Shown here piece after piece: positions 23,757 through 34,966 of a stretch of DNA of 64,000 nt. The DNA comes from an uncultured Candidatus Rokubacteria bacterium (GTDB lineage: Bacteria; Methylomirabilota; Methylomirabilia; Rokubacteriales; CSP1-6). Under the pieces are notes generated by a model. It was given only the letters and a program-made list of their open reading frames with translations, was not told where the DNA came from and ran no database searches. Numbering within the stretch: the stretch's first letter is position 1; every line of letters starts with the position of its first letter. Both the position numbers and the translations under genes were made by a program. The stretch covers positions 768,001 to 832,000 of the forward strand of contig CAVXJS010000011.1 of the NCBI GenBank assembly GCA_963762145.1, read 5' to 3'.

Positions 23757-24498
23757 CCTACCAGGCCGTCCTCTTCGATCTCTTCGACACCCTGGTGCTC
23801 TTCCACCGCGAGCGCCTCCCGGAGGTCCAGGTCAACGGTAGGAGAATCCGGACGCACGGCCGGCCACCTGCACGCCGCGTTCCGGCCTTTCGCCCCGCAC
23901 GTGGAGCTGCCCGCGCTTCGTGGACGCGCTCTTCTGGAGCTGGCAGGAGGCCGAGCGTATTCGCGCAGAGGCCCATCGCGAGGTCACGGCCCCGGAGCGA
24001 TTCGGCATGCTGTTCGGGCGCCTCGAGCTCGAGCCGTCCGAGGAGGCGCGCGATCTGCTGCTCGCCACCCACATGCGCGAGCTGTCCAAGGTGGTCGAGT
24101 GCCCCGCGCACCACGCCCCGCTGCTCAAGGCGCTCCGCGAGCGGTACCGGCTCGCGGTGGTCTCGAACTTCGACTACTCGCCCACCTGTCTGGCGATCCT
24201 CGAGCGCGAGGGCATCGCCGACCTCTTCGAGACCATCGTGATCTCGGACGAGGTGGGCTGGCGCAAGCCCAAGCCAGTCATCTTCGAGACCGCGCTCGAC
24301 CGCATGAAGTCGCTTCGCCCGGCCGACGCCCTCTTCGTGGGGGATCGCGCCGACATCGACGTGGTGGGCGCGCGGGCGGTGGGTATGCGCACCGCCTGGA
24401 TCAACCGGGAGGCCGAACGCCTCCCCACCGACATTCAGCCGCCCGACTACGAGATCCGCGACCTGGCGGACCTCCGGGCGATTCTGCGAATCCCGTAG
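23753..24498 (+). CDS. HAD-superfamily hydrolase, frameshifted
   Basis: FDLFDTL, VSNFD, KPKP..F and VGD...D HAD motifs I-IV. Confidence 0.85.
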
Positions 24499-24543
24499 CC
24501 CGCTCCGCGCATCTCAAGGCGCGAGACGAAGGAGGAGGACGAC

Positions 24544-25485
<942 letters not shown>

Positions 25486-25898
25486 CCTCCGCTTCCGGGT
25501 GCTCCGGGCAGTCGCGACCTCGCGTAGGCCTGCTCCGTAGCGTCTCTTCGTGGCGGCTCGCTCGGAAAAGGCGGGCCCATTCGCCGGGTCGACGCCGCGG
25601 GCACCTAGCCCCTTGGGGGCGCTGGCCTAGCGGCGGATCTGGAGTGACCGGCCCAGCGAGAGGATGACGATGCTCTTCGTGATCCGGGCCCGGGCCGAGC
25701 TCGCAAGTCTCCCCGTCGTTGCTCGGAGACATGGCATCCTCACTCGGGCAAGGTCCGAATAGGGATCTATCTCATCGTCGCACAGGCTGCGGAGCTGCGG
25801 CAACGAGAGAAGTAGCGCGCGCGGCGATCGGAGGCGCCCCTCGGCCCGCTCGTGATTATTCCCGGCGGGTCACTGCGGACGATCGCCTACGATGAGGC

Positions 25899-27152
25899 AT
25901 GGAGGCCCACGAGAAGGTTTCGGAAGACCTGGCGTCTCGCACGGAACGGCCCGGAATTCCCCGGCACCTCGCGGTCCTGGCGTCGGCCGCCTTCGTCCTG
26001 AAGATCGCCATCGCGCTCTGCACCTACGGATCTACGGATGCCCTGATCTACGAGGCCGACCTGATGAAGATCAGGCAGGACGGGGCCGTCGCCCTGTACC
26101 GGGATGGCATCGTCACCGAGTGGTGCGGCCAGGCGGGCCAGCGGCCGTGTCCCCCGTTCATCCACCCCCCGTTCATCGTCCACGCCCTCGAAGGGTGGGG
26201 CGTTCTGGCGGACATCTCGGGCCTCCCGCTCCGGTTCTGGATCCGCTTCACCTGCGCGGTCGCGGACGCGGGCTGCCTCGTACTGCTCCTCCGCATGCTC
26301 ACGAGGACCCGGGATTGGCGGAGCCGGATCGCGCTCGCGCTGTTTGCCGTGTCCCCAATCTCGATTCTCGTCTCCGGGTTTCACGCCAACACCGACCCGA
26401 TCCTGATCTTTTTCGCCCTGGTCGCGATCTATCTCATCGAGAGCCGGCGGCCGGCCTGGGCCGCGGGGGCCGCCCTCGGGATGGCGATGAGCATCAAGAT
26501 CGTGCCTATCCTGCTCGTCCCGGCCGCCCTCCTCGCTGTCCCTGGGGCTCGGCGCCGGATCGACCTCCTCGCGGGCGCGGGGGCCGTGGTCCTAGCCGGC
26601 TCCCTGCCGGTGCTCGTCGCGGCGCCGGAGCTGGTCATCAGGAGCGTGGCGGGATACGGGAGCCAGTCCGGTCCGTGGGGCCTTTCGCTCCTGGCGTTGG
26701 CGTCTCTGCACAGTCCGCACCTCGCCTGGTTCCATGATCTGTACGCGAGATACGGCAAGATCCTGAGCGTCGGGCTCGTCCTGGTGGCCTCGTGGTGGCC
26801 ACGCCCGCGCTCCCTCCCGCATCCTTTGCTCATGCGGGCGGGCCTCCTCATGTTCCTGTTCCTTTCGTTGACCCCGGGATTCGGCGTTCAGTACCTGGCC
26901 TGGCTCGTTCCGTGGGTCGTGGCGCGCGGGGTCCGGCCCACCCTCATCTACTACCTCGCTGGCGGCGTGTTTCTTTGTGCCTACTACACTCACGCCGCTG
27001 GGGGAATTCCCTGGGATCTGACGGATACCCCTGGGCGCTTCGCCTGGACGCCCACCGTCCTCGGGCTGGGGCTGATCTGCTGGGTCGTGGTTTGTGCCAT
27101 CACTCTCGGGTACGTCCGGGCGCTACGGGCGAGGCCGGCCGAGGCTGGATGA
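25899..27152 (+). CDS. Polytopic membrane glycosyltransferase, GT-C (GT87/PIG-M-like)
   Basis: Early acidic loop (GSTDALIYE), [18 protein letters not shown] and VQYLAWLVP; about 10 TM helices. Confidence 0.7.
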   Translation: MEAHEKVSEDLASRTERPGIPRHLAVLASAAFVLKIAIALCTYGSTDALIYEADLMKIRQDGAVALYRDGIVTEWCGQAGQRPCPPFIHPPFIVHALEGWGVLADISGLPLRFWIRFTCAVADAGCLVLLLRMLTRTRDWRSRIALALFAVSPISILVSGFHANTDPILIFFALVAIYLIESRRPAWAAGAALGMAMSIKIVPILLVPAALLAVPGARRRIDLLAGAGAVVLAGSLPVLVAAPELVIRSVAGYGSQSGPWGLSLLALASLHSPHLAWFHDLYARYGKILSVGLVLVASWWPRPRSLPHPLLMRAGLLMFLFLSLTPGFGVQYLAWLVPWVVARGVRPTLIYYLAGGVFLCAYYTHAAGGIPWDLTDTPGRFAWTPTVLGLGLICWVVVCAITLGYVRALRARPAEAG

Positions 27153-28888
27153 GTCACCCGGCCGGACTCACGGGAATCGCGGGGTCGGTCCGACCGGGGC
27201 GCGCCGAGGTAGGGCTGCAGCCGAACCGGCTGTCGGTCCGGCTCGATGAGCCAGACCTGGCGCCCGCGGTAGTGCTCGAGCAAGCGGGTGTTCTCGGCCT
27301 CGCCCATGTCCCGTGCCCAGATCACCGGAGCGCGGTCGATATCCGCCCGGTTATAGACCCACTCGATCTGGCGACCGGGATCGTAGTCCGGCCCGTAGCG
27401 GACGATGACCAGATGCTGGCCCGGGATCCGCTCGAGCTGGGCCAGGAGATGGGCGCGCTCGAGCCCACGCTCGCTAGGGGCGAGTCTCAACCACCACAGA
27501 CTTGTCTCGGTGAGAGGCAGCCCGAGCCCCGGGGCGAGCAGCCGGAGCGCGAGCGCGCCGGCATAGACCAACGGCAGCGTCCGGACAAGAAAGGCTCCGG
27601 CGGGACGACCGTGCCATCGCCACACCCGCAGGTGGCGGAGACCCTGGACGACCAGCGCAAGGGCTATCGCGGTCATGGGAGCGGCGTAGTGAGGTATGAA
27701 GAACACCTCCACCGCGAGCCCGACGAGGCCCACCGCGCCCGCCGCGATCAGGAAGCGCAGGCGCCGGTCCCGCAAGAGACGCGGGAACATGAGCAGGGGC
27801 AACATGAGCGCCGGCCCGAAGTAGAAACCGAGGAGCGCGATGGTGAAAGCCGTTTTGGTGACGACCAGGCCCCGGGCGGTCCCGGTCTCCGCCTCGTAGA
27901 AGTCTAGCTCGTAGCGCCGATAGAACTCCCGCATGACCGGGTGACGATGGATCGGCTCGGCCCGTGGCGACTGCCAGAGAAAGATCGGCGCGGTGGCGTA
28001 GGCTTCGCGCGCGACTTGATAGGGCATGCGGACCGGGCTGCCGGTCACGCACCAGAAGTAGTACGCCATCGCGGCCCCGGCCAGGATGAGTACGACCGAG
28101 ATGGGAAGGACGACTCGGAGGATTCCCTGTCCGATCGCGCCCCGCCGAGACGCGAGGAGCCCCGCGAGGATCGCGCCCGCGACCGGAAGACTGAGCACGA
28201 GACCTTCCCAGGGGCGGCTGTTGGCCAGCAGGACCAGTCCCAGCCCCATCAGCAGCGCGTGGCGGAAGCGGGAAGTCCGCTGGAGACGAGGCAAGGCTCC
28301 CAGGATCAACGCTCCTCCAGTCGCCGCCAGCGCGCCCCCCATGTAGCTGTTGATCCAGTACCCGGCGGTGGCGAAGCGCAGCACCGCCAGCATCCCTCCG
28401 AGCAGCGCCCAGCTCGGCGGGAGCCACCCCTGTAGCATCCAGCACACCGCCGCGCACATCACCGCGACCGAGAGCCACACGCCCAGCCAGGGATGTCCCA
28501 GCCACGCGCCGGCGGCGAGGACGAGCGCCTGGGCGGGTGGATACATGCCCATGTAGGTCGGACGGACGATGATGTGGATGCTCTCGAAGTGCATCCACCG
28601 CGCGGGTGACGGGTTGGTGAGTCTCCCCGCGGCAAAGGTGTCCGCGGCCAGCAGGTGGCTGAACTCGTCGTGGATGTCGGGCTCGGGAATCGGCATGAGG
28701 GGCAGAAGGGCGAGGCGCACGCCGAGGGCGGCTGCGCCGACGGTCAACACGGCCAGCGCCCTGCGTCGGGCCAGGCCGCGAAGCGCTCGTTCCGCGGCCT
28801 CGATCCCCGGCAAGCCGAGATCGGGCCTAACCCGCGCGACCAGCACGGCAAGCCCCAGCAAAGCTACCTCGAGCGCCCAGGCCGGCAG
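26990..28888 (-). CDS. Large polytopic membrane protein, GT-C-like (start uncertain, CTG/TTG)
   Basis: HDEFSHLL acidic first loop, [13 protein letters not shown], many TM helices and a periplasmic C-domain; its 3' end overlaps the convergent gene and may be frameshifted. Confidence 0.6.
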   Translation of the reverse strand: MPAWALEVALLGLAVLVARVRPDLGLPGIEAAERALRGLARRRALAVLTVGAAALGVRLALLPLMPIPEPDIHDEFSHLLAADTFAAGRLTNPSPARWMHFESIHIIVRPTYMGMYPPAQALVLAAGAWLGHPWLGVWLSVAVMCAAVCWMLQGWLPPSWALLGGMLAVLRFATAGYWINSYMGGALAATGGALILGALPRLQRTSRFRHALLMGLGLVLLANSRPWEGLVLSLPVAGAILAGLLASRRGAIGQGILRVVLPISVVLILAGAAMAYYFWCVTGSPVRMPYQVAREAYATAPIFLWQSPRAEPIHRHPVMREFYRRYELDFYEAETGTARGLVVTKTAFTIALLGFYFGPALMLPLLMFPRLLRDRRLRFLIAAGAVGLVGLAVEVFFIPHYAAPMTAIALALVVQGLRHLRVWRWHGRPAGAFLVRTLPLVYAGALALRLLAPGLGLPLTETSLWWLRLAPSERGLERAHLLAQLERIPGQHLVIVRYGPDYDPGRQIEWVYNRADIDRAPVIWARDMGEAENTRLLEHYRGRQVWLIEPDRQPVRLQPYLGAPRSDRPRDSRESGRVTHPASAGLARSARTYPRVMAQTTTQQISPSPRTVGVQAKRPGVSVRSQGIPPAA

Positions 28889-28918
28889 AAGTCCCTCCCG
28901 ATCGACGCGTCCGACCCG

Positions 28919-29185
28919 CTAGTGCGGGGCTTCCTCCGGCGCCTCCGTGGTGGCCCGTCGGATCACCTTCGTCAGCTCGTGCAGCTCTCGCAGGATGAGG
29001 CGCAGACGTTCGCAAACCACGATGAGCAGGAGGCCGATGCCCACGAGCATCACGAGACTCAATGGGTCCAGGGCGGGCCAGGATCTCTGGAGCGCGTAGA
29101 AGAAGCCGAGAATCACGAGGAGGGTTCCGGCGGCGAAGAGGAGCTCGACGAGCGGGTAGGTGCGCGTGGTCCGGCGTCTAGGCAT
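28919..29185 (-). CDS. Small two-TM membrane protein
   Basis: Two hydrophobic helices followed by a coiled-coil-like tail; GGAGG RBS upstream. Confidence 0.6.
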   Translation of the reverse strand: MPRRRTTRTYPLVELLFAAGTLLVILGFFYALQRSWPALDPLSLVMLVGIGLLLIVVCERLRLILRELHELTKVIRRATTEAPEEAPH

Positions 29186-29383
29186 TCAGCGCTCAGCCTC
29201 CGACCGAAGGACGATGACGAGGATTTTCCGCGACCTTCGCTGCGATCCCGACATTCTTCATCGCGATGTCCTCCTGAAGGGTGCGCGAGATTGGGACCTG
29301 GGACTCCTTGTATCACTTCGACGCTGGACTGAAGGGACGATTTGTTGCCCCGGAAAGCGACCGCATGCGATCATCACGTTGCG

Positions 29384-30052
29384 ATGCCGTGCTTTCTGGT
29401 GGTGCTGATGCTGCTGACCCTGGCGGGGTGTTCCGGGCAGGACCGGCCCCCAGCGCCCGTGGCCGTCGAGACGGTGGTGATGCCCCCGGCCGCGGCCGCG
29501 CCGAGCTGGCGCCCGGGAGATCGGTGGGTCTACGCCTGGACGAGCGGTAGCGAGAGCGGCGTCAAGACGGTTGAGACGATCGAGATCAGGGAGATCAATC
29601 GCGTCTCGTTCTATCTGGCCCGGGTCGGCGAGGCGGAGACGTTCTACACCCGCGACCTCCACTGGGCCGGGACCATGGCCGACGGCCGCGTGGAGAGCCG
29701 GATGACGCCTCCCCAGCCGTGGTTCTCCTGGCCGCTCGAGCCAGGACGTACCTGGGCTCACCAGGGCAGCTACGAGGACCGGAGCGGCAAGACCGAGTTC
29801 AACGATCAGTACTCGGTGGTTGCGGCCGAGGTGGTGGAGGTTCCGGCGGGGCGATTCAAGGCGTTCAAGATCGTGCGCCAGACCAATCGCCGCGACTCCG
29901 ACCAGTACTGGTATGTCCCGGAGGTCCGGTTCTACGTCAAATGGATCGGACGCCGTGGAGAGGCCCAGTTCGAGGAGCAGCTTCGCGAGTATCACCTGGC
30001 GCCTCGCCTCCTCCCCGAGCCGGGCTCCACGGCGCCGCCATCCACGAGGTAG
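29384..30052 (+). CDS. Lipoprotein, beta-rich, with a VPAG.F motif
   Basis: Lipobox LAGC; WRPGDRWVY and E.VEVPAGRFKAFKI...YWY.PEV. Confidence 0.7.
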   Translation: MPCFLVVLMLLTLAGCSGQDRPPAPVAVETVVMPPAAAAPSWRPGDRWVYAWTSGSESGVKTVETIEIREINRVSFYLARVGEAETFYTRDLHWAGTMADGRVESRMTPPQPWFSWPLEPGRTWAHQGSYEDRSGKTEFNDQYSVVAAEVVEVPAGRFKAFKIVRQTNRRDSDQYWYVPEVRFYVKWIGRRGEAQFEEQLREYHLAPRLLPEPGSTAPPSTR

Positions 30053-30066
30053 GGCACCGGCTCGCG

Positions 30067-30588
30067 GTGGTCGCCCGACCGGTCCCGCTTGTGTGCAGTG
30101 CGGGGCTGGCCCTCGGCTTCGCCCTGCTGGCCCTCCTGCGATTGGGGGTCGTCCCGCGGTGGTGGCAGCTTCTGCCGCTGCTCGCCGCGCTCGCGCTGGT
30201 TGTCGTCCTTGATCTGCGGATCCGCCTGATACCAGATGCCATCACTCTCCCGGGGCTGACGTACGCCCTGGGCCTGGCCGCGCTGACCGACCGGCATCCC
30301 ACCCTTCTCGAGGCCGCGGTCGGCACCGTGGTGGGCGGTGGCCTCGTGCTCCTGGTTGCCATCGTGAGCCGGGGCGGCATGGGTGGGGGAGACATCAAGT
30401 TGATGGCCATGCTGGGTGCGGCCCTCGGCTGGCGCGGCGCCCTCCTCGCGCTGGCCATGTCCCAGGTGGTGGGCGCGGCGATCGTCCTCGGCGTCCTCGT
30501 CGTACTTCGCCGGCGTCCGGCCCGACACGTACCGGTGGGAGCCCTCATCGCCTTCCTCGGGGCGCTCCTGCTGATCTATGGCGCTTGA
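30067..30588 (+). CDS. Prepilin peptidase, A24 family, short TadV/CpaA type
   Basis: LDLRIRLIPD and GMGGGDIKLMAMLG catalytic aspartates; no N-terminal Zn/methylase domain; start approximate. Confidence 0.8.
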   Translation: MVARPVPLVCSAGLALGFALLALLRLGVVPRWWQLLPLLAALALVVVLDLRIRLIPDAITLPGLTYALGLAALTDRHPTLLEAAVGTVVGGGLVLLVAIVSRGGMGGGDIKLMAMLGAALGWRGALLALAMSQVVGAAIVLGVLVVLRRRPARHVPVGALIAFLGALLLIYGA

Positions 30589-30617
30589 GCGGGCCCGGGT
30601 GGTAGGCGTGCCGGCCG

Positions 30618-32936
30618 TCATCGCCATCGTATGACTTCCAGTATGTTCGAGAAGTCGTCGGTCCAGAGCCTCCGGTCCGGCCTCGGCGGGAGGGCACGCC
30701 ACCGCTGATCGGCGCGAAGCGCCCCGAGATCCTCCGGGCGACGGGCCAACACGACCCAGTGCGACGGCGTCCTTCCATCCCGCGCATCTTCCTTGCTGAT
30801 CGCTGCTTCGAGTTGAGCCAGCGCTACGAGCTTCGCGTCGTGCGCGAGGTTCGCGACGGTGGGCTCCAGATCAAGGTGGCGGTTGGAGATGTGAAGGGCA
30901 AGCAACCCCGAATCCGCGAGCTTGTCGAGATAGAGTCGCAATGCCTCACGGGTCAGGAGGTGGCTCGGGATGGCGTCGGAGCTGAACGCGTCGAGAATGA
31001 TCAGACCGTAGTGCCGGTCCGGAGCGGCCACGAGGGAGCGTCGCGCGTCGCCCAGGATCACCCGGATCGCGGGCGGGCAGGCCTTCAGGTACGTGAAGTA
31101 ACGAGGGTCGCCCGCGATCCGCAGGACGGCCGGGTCGATCTCGTAGAACGTGAACTCCTGCCCCGGCCTGCCGTGGCAGGCCAGCGAGCCGGTCCCTAGG
31201 CCGATGATGCCCACCGGCCCTGCGCTCGTGGATCCTTCCATCGCCCTGAACACCTGGCCGATGGGTCCGGCGCGATGGAAGTAGGCGAGCGGCTCCAGCT
31301 CCCGTCCGGCCTCGAGGCTCTGTCTGCCGTGATCGGTGGTGCCGTTCACGAGCGCGGTGAACTGACCCGCGGGGTGGACCCGGACCTGCCAGACTCCGAA
31401 GAAGCTGCGCTCCCGGTACAGCGTCCGATACTCGCCGGAGCCGGTGAGCATGGCCATCGTCAGCATCAGGGTGCCGAGTCCGAAGCCAAAGGCGACGGGA
31501 CGGTGCCGGAGCGCAAAGCACAGGGCGGCCGGCAGCCCGCCGCTCAGCAACAGTCCTGGCAAACCGACAATCGGGAGCGTCTTGACGAGCCAGACGAGTC
31601 CGGTGAGGAGGGCACCAAGTGCGAGGGGCACCACGAATTCCCAGCCGCCCACCGGCTTCGCGCGCGTGGTTCCGTCCGTGGTCCGAAGGAAGCACGCCGC
31701 CACGAGGACGAGCGGGTACTCGATCGGATGATTGAACGCGAGCGGCGCGAGCAGGGCATTGAAGATCCCGCCGAGCACACCGCCGACGGCGATCCACAGA
31801 AAGAACTCGGTCAACCGATCGGCCGCGGGTCTGCTCCTCGCCAGCTCGCCATGACACACCATCGAGATCACGAAGAAGGTCAACAGGTGGAGGAGGGCGA
31901 GGACCCAGAGGGGTCCGATCGCTTTGAACGCGATCGTCAACGCGAGCGGCAGCATGAGGATCGGAAGCAGCCGGTGGATGCGCCGACCGGAGAGGCGCGC
32001 GTTCTGTCCGAACGCGAACACGAACGTCAGGAGGTAGACCGCGAGGGGCACCACCCAGAGCAACGGCATCGGAGCCACGTCGGTAGTGAGATAGGTGGTG
32101 ACTCCCAGCATGAGGCTCGAGGGTAGAAAGGCGAGAAGGACCCAGCGAGCCGGTCGCGCTGCCGCGCTGCCCGCGCCCGGCACGGGCGAGGCGGCTGCAA
32201 CGACGGCGGATCCGCCCGTGGCGGGTGCGCCCACCGCGATCGAGGCGGGGAAGCGCGACAAGATGGCGCCGCATCCGAGAAGAAGCCCGGTCAGCAACAG
32301 GTACCCGAGGGCCCAGAGACGGCTCTGATCGGTCAGCCGGAGATTGGGCTCGATGAGCGTGGGATATGCCAGAAGCGCGGCGAGGCTCCCCACGTTGGAG
32401 GCCGCATACAGGAAGTACGGGTCGCGAGCCAGCGGATGATCGGTGCCGGTGAACCACTTCTGGACGAGTGGGGCGGTCGTCGAGACGACAAGGAACGGCA
32501 AGCCCAGGGCGATCACGAGCAGCATGAAGAGCCAGAGGAAGGGGCTTTGCTGCGCCGGTGGGCTCCAGCCCTCCGGGATGGCGACGGGGAGAACGAACAG
32601 GGTAACGAGGAGAAGCCCGAGGTGAAGAACCACTTGGCGGCGCAGGCCCAGGGCTGCCGGCGCCACATGCGCGTAACCGTAGCCGATGAGCAGGACCGCC
32701 TGGAAGAAGAGCATGCAGGTGTTCCAGACGGCAGGTGTGCCGCCGAGCATCGGTAGCGCCATCCTGGCGAACATGGGTTGCACGGTGAAGAGAAGGGCGG
32801 CGGAGAGGAAGACGGTCAGCGAGAACAACGCGGCAGCGACGGCGTGACGCGATGTGCGGGACGGGTGCTTCAGATCCAGCGTCGTGCCGGGCGCTCCCAC
32901 GAGGAGGCCAACCGGATGGGAGGACTGTTCGCTCAT
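30618..32936 (-). CDS. Membrane-fused spermidine synthase-like / SAM-dependent transferase
   Basis: Polytopic N-terminal region (PYFLYAASNVGS), GIIGLGTGSLA, YEIDP, IILDAFSSD and WTDDFSN. Confidence 0.85.
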   Translation of the reverse strand: MSEQSSHPVGLLVGAPGTTLDLKHPSRTSRHAVAAALFSLTVFLSAALLFTVQPMFARMALPMLGGTPAVWNTCMLFFQAVLLIGYGYAHVAPAALGLRRQVVLHLGLLLVTLFVLPVAIPEGWSPPAQQSPFLWLFMLLVIALGLPFLVVSTTAPLVQKWFTGTDHPLARDPYFLYAASNVGSLAALLAYPTLIEPNLRLTDQSRLWALGYLLLTGLLLGCGAILSRFPASIAVGAPATGGSAVVAAASPVPGAGSAAARPARWVLLAFLPSSLMLGVTTYLTTDVAPMPLLWVVPLAVYLLTFVFAFGQNARLSGRRIHRLLPILMLPLALTIAFKAIGPLWVLALLHLLTFFVISMVCHGELARSRPAADRLTEFFLWIAVGGVLGGIFNALLAPLAFNHPIEYPLVLVAACFLRTTDGTTRAKPVGGWEFVVPLALGALLTGLVWLVKTLPIVGLPGLLLSGGLPAALCFALRHRPVAFGFGLGTLMLTMAMLTGSGEYRTLYRERSFFGVWQVRVHPAGQFTALVNGTTDHGRQSLEAGRELEPLAYFHRAGPIGQVFRAMEGSTSAGPVGIIGLGTGSLACHGRPGQEFTFYEIDPAVLRIAGDPRYFTYLKACPPAIRVILGDARRSLVAAPDRHYGLIILDAFSSDAIPSHLLTREALRLYLDKLADSGLLALHISNRHLDLEPTVANLAHDAKLVALAQLEAAISKEDARDGRTPSHWVVLARRPEDLGALRADQRWRALPPRPDRRLWTDDFSNILEVIRWR

Positions 32937-34234
32937 CGAGATCTCGGCACCAGGACGCCCTCGCGGGAGCCTGGGCTCACCGGCCGGGTCGAACGCTCGT
33001 CCCGAAGATGTGCCGCCAAGCAGTCGAGCATGGTGGCGCCCCAGAGTGCGGTGATGCTCCAGAAGTAGGCGGAGGCGACCAGCGGGGTCGCCCAGGCATG
33101 CGGCTGAAAGAGAAACGTGGCGAAGTGAGGCCAGACAAGTCCCGGTACGGCCAGGATGAGGAGGCGTCGACGCCACCGGGCGGCCCCGGCGTCCGGACGG
33201 TGTTGGTCGCGAGCCATTTCGCGGATCCAGGCGACGCCCAGTGCGGCCATGGGACCGATCGCCAGCCACAGGTAGTAGATCCACCCGAGGGGAGAGATGA
33301 GGAGCGCGGCGAGGAGGAGAATCACGAACGCGCGATCGACCGCCGAGGTGGTCCGGTCGAAGCTCACGGCGCCGAGACTGAGGACGGCAATGAGCGCCAC
33401 GGCGGGAAGCCAGAGTGGGAGGATGAGCTCCGGCGCCATCGCCAGCGGAGCGTAGTAGGGGTTCTCGCCGAGCGATCGGGTGAGGATGCCCAGGACCGAG
33501 GCGTTGGGGCCGCGCCAGGTCCAGGACACCGAGGCCAGTTGTGACAGCCACGACCAGTAGCTACCTGGCCCGACGATGGCAAGGCCGCCAAGGAACCATG
33601 CGCTGGCGGTCGTGCAGGCTACCGCGGCGACTCCCGGGCGGCGGCGCAGCACGAGATAGGGGATGAAGATGAGCAGAAAGAGCTTCAAGCCCATCGCGAG
33701 CCCTAGATAGATTCCGGCCCGTCTCCAACGGTCCCGTCGCGCCGCGGCCCATGCAAGCGTGAGCGGCAGCATGAGGAGAAAGGCAACCTCCGCGGTCCCC
33801 AGCACCGCTCCCGTGCCGGAGAAGGCCAGCAGCCAGACGCCTCCTCGCCAGCAGCTCCGGACGCTCGGCGTGAGGTTGAGCTCACGGACGATCACGGCCA
33901 TGGAGACGCCGAGGCAGAGCAGGTTTGCGGCGGCCCAGAGGGCGAGGGCGGCGCCCGGAGGCAGGAGAGCCAACGGCAGTACGAGGAGCTGGAAGTGCGG
34001 CGGATTGAGGTTGACCAGAGTGCTGCGTAGGGTCCGGCCGAGGTGGGCCTGCAGCTCCGAAGGCAGATCGTACATATCGCGCCCCTCGAGGTGGGCGCGC
34101 GCGGACAGATACAGGATCCGGAAGTCGCCCATCTCAAGCCGGGTCACCATCGTGTGCGCGATCCATCCGTTCCAGGAGATCAGCGCGAGCAGCACCGCAG
34201 CCGCGCCGATCCGCCGCAGGCCCATCCCGGTCAT
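32933..34234 (-). CDS. GT87 (DUF2029) membrane glycosyltransferase
   Basis: GDFRILY, NLNPP, LAMGLKLF, NASVLG and SPLGWIYY; ATGA overlaps with both neighbours. Confidence 0.8.
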   Translation of the reverse strand: MTGMGLRRIGAAAVLLALISWNGWIAHTMVTRLEMGDFRILYLSARAHLEGRDMYDLPSELQAHLGRTLRSTLVNLNPPHFQLLVLPLALLPPGAALALWAAANLLCLGVSMAVIVRELNLTPSVRSCWRGGVWLLAFSGTGAVLGTAEVAFLLMLPLTLAWAAARRDRWRRAGIYLGLAMGLKLFLLIFIPYLVLRRRPGVAAVACTTASAWFLGGLAIVGPGSYWSWLSQLASVSWTWRGPNASVLGILTRSLGENPYYAPLAMAPELILPLWLPAVALIAVLSLGAVSFDRTTSAVDRAFVILLLAALLISPLGWIYYLWLAIGPMAALGVAWIREMARDQHRPDAGAARWRRRLLILAVPGLVWPHFATFLFQPHAWATPLVASAYFWSITALWGATMLDCLAAHLRDERSTRPVSPGSREGVLVPRSR

Positions 34235-34966
34235 CGAGACCGGAGGATCAGGACGCGCTTGTCGGGGTCCAGGGTGACCGTGAAGCGGCCCAGGAAGGTG
34301 TTGCCAAGGAGCCCGTCGATGCCGGGTCCGATCGAATGGATGACTGCGTCGACGTTCTCCACCTCGGCGTCCCCGACGCGCACGGAGGCAATCGTGACGC
34401 GCCGGCCGGCGGTGACGCCGCCGACCACCTGCATCGGCACCGTCTCCGCGCCCGCGCCCGGGTGGATCTCCAGGGCGGTGGCCAGCTCCGGCGAGAGAAC
34501 GCACGCGCTGGCCCCCGTGTCCACGACGAAGCGCGCGGTGCGTGAGCCGTTCAGGCGGACATCGGCCATCCAGTTGCCGCGGGCGCGGTGGAGGGTCACG
34601 AGGATCTCTTCGGTCCGCGCGCTCCGAGGTGCCGGCTCCCGCAGGAGGGGGGCCAGGGACCGGATGCCCTCTTGCGCGGTGGCCGCCAGGTCGGAGGCGG
34701 GTTCAGGCGGAGGACGGTCTCGAAAGCCGCCGAGGCCTCGCGCCATCTCGAGAGTCGCATGAGGGCAACGCCCCGGTGATAGTGGAGGAGCGGGTCGTGG
34801 GGCGCCTGCGTCACGGCCTTGCCGAACAGGCGTTCGGCCGTGACGTAGTCTCCTCGCTCGTACGCGGCCGTGCCGGCATCGTTAGGTCGGAGATCGGCGC
34901 CAGCGCGCCGGTGGCGCAGACGAGGCCCAGCAGCGCCCCGCAGGACGGCAGCAGCCGTGTGCTCAT
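34231..34966 (-). CDS. Secreted TPR plus retropepsin-like aspartyl protease, frameshifted
   Basis: Signal peptide; TPR fragments (YERGDY..A..LF, HYHRGVALMRL...A...F); FVVDTGAS and GLLGNTFL. Confidence 0.75.

Noticed and set aside
20462-24241. 1259-aa LutA-LutB-DUF2203-HAD fusion
   Set aside because: Produced by frameshifts threading separate genes that have their own overlapping start and stop codons
25486-25898. Island-edge ORF, tRNA or att site
   Set aside because: No cloverleaf, no repeat shared with the right edge (about 50250-50400) that I could find, and no convincing ORF
30618-33551. 977-aa version of the spermidine-synthase-like protein
   Set aside because: The first ~200 aa overlap the GT87 gene; the ATGA-coupled start at 32936 is better
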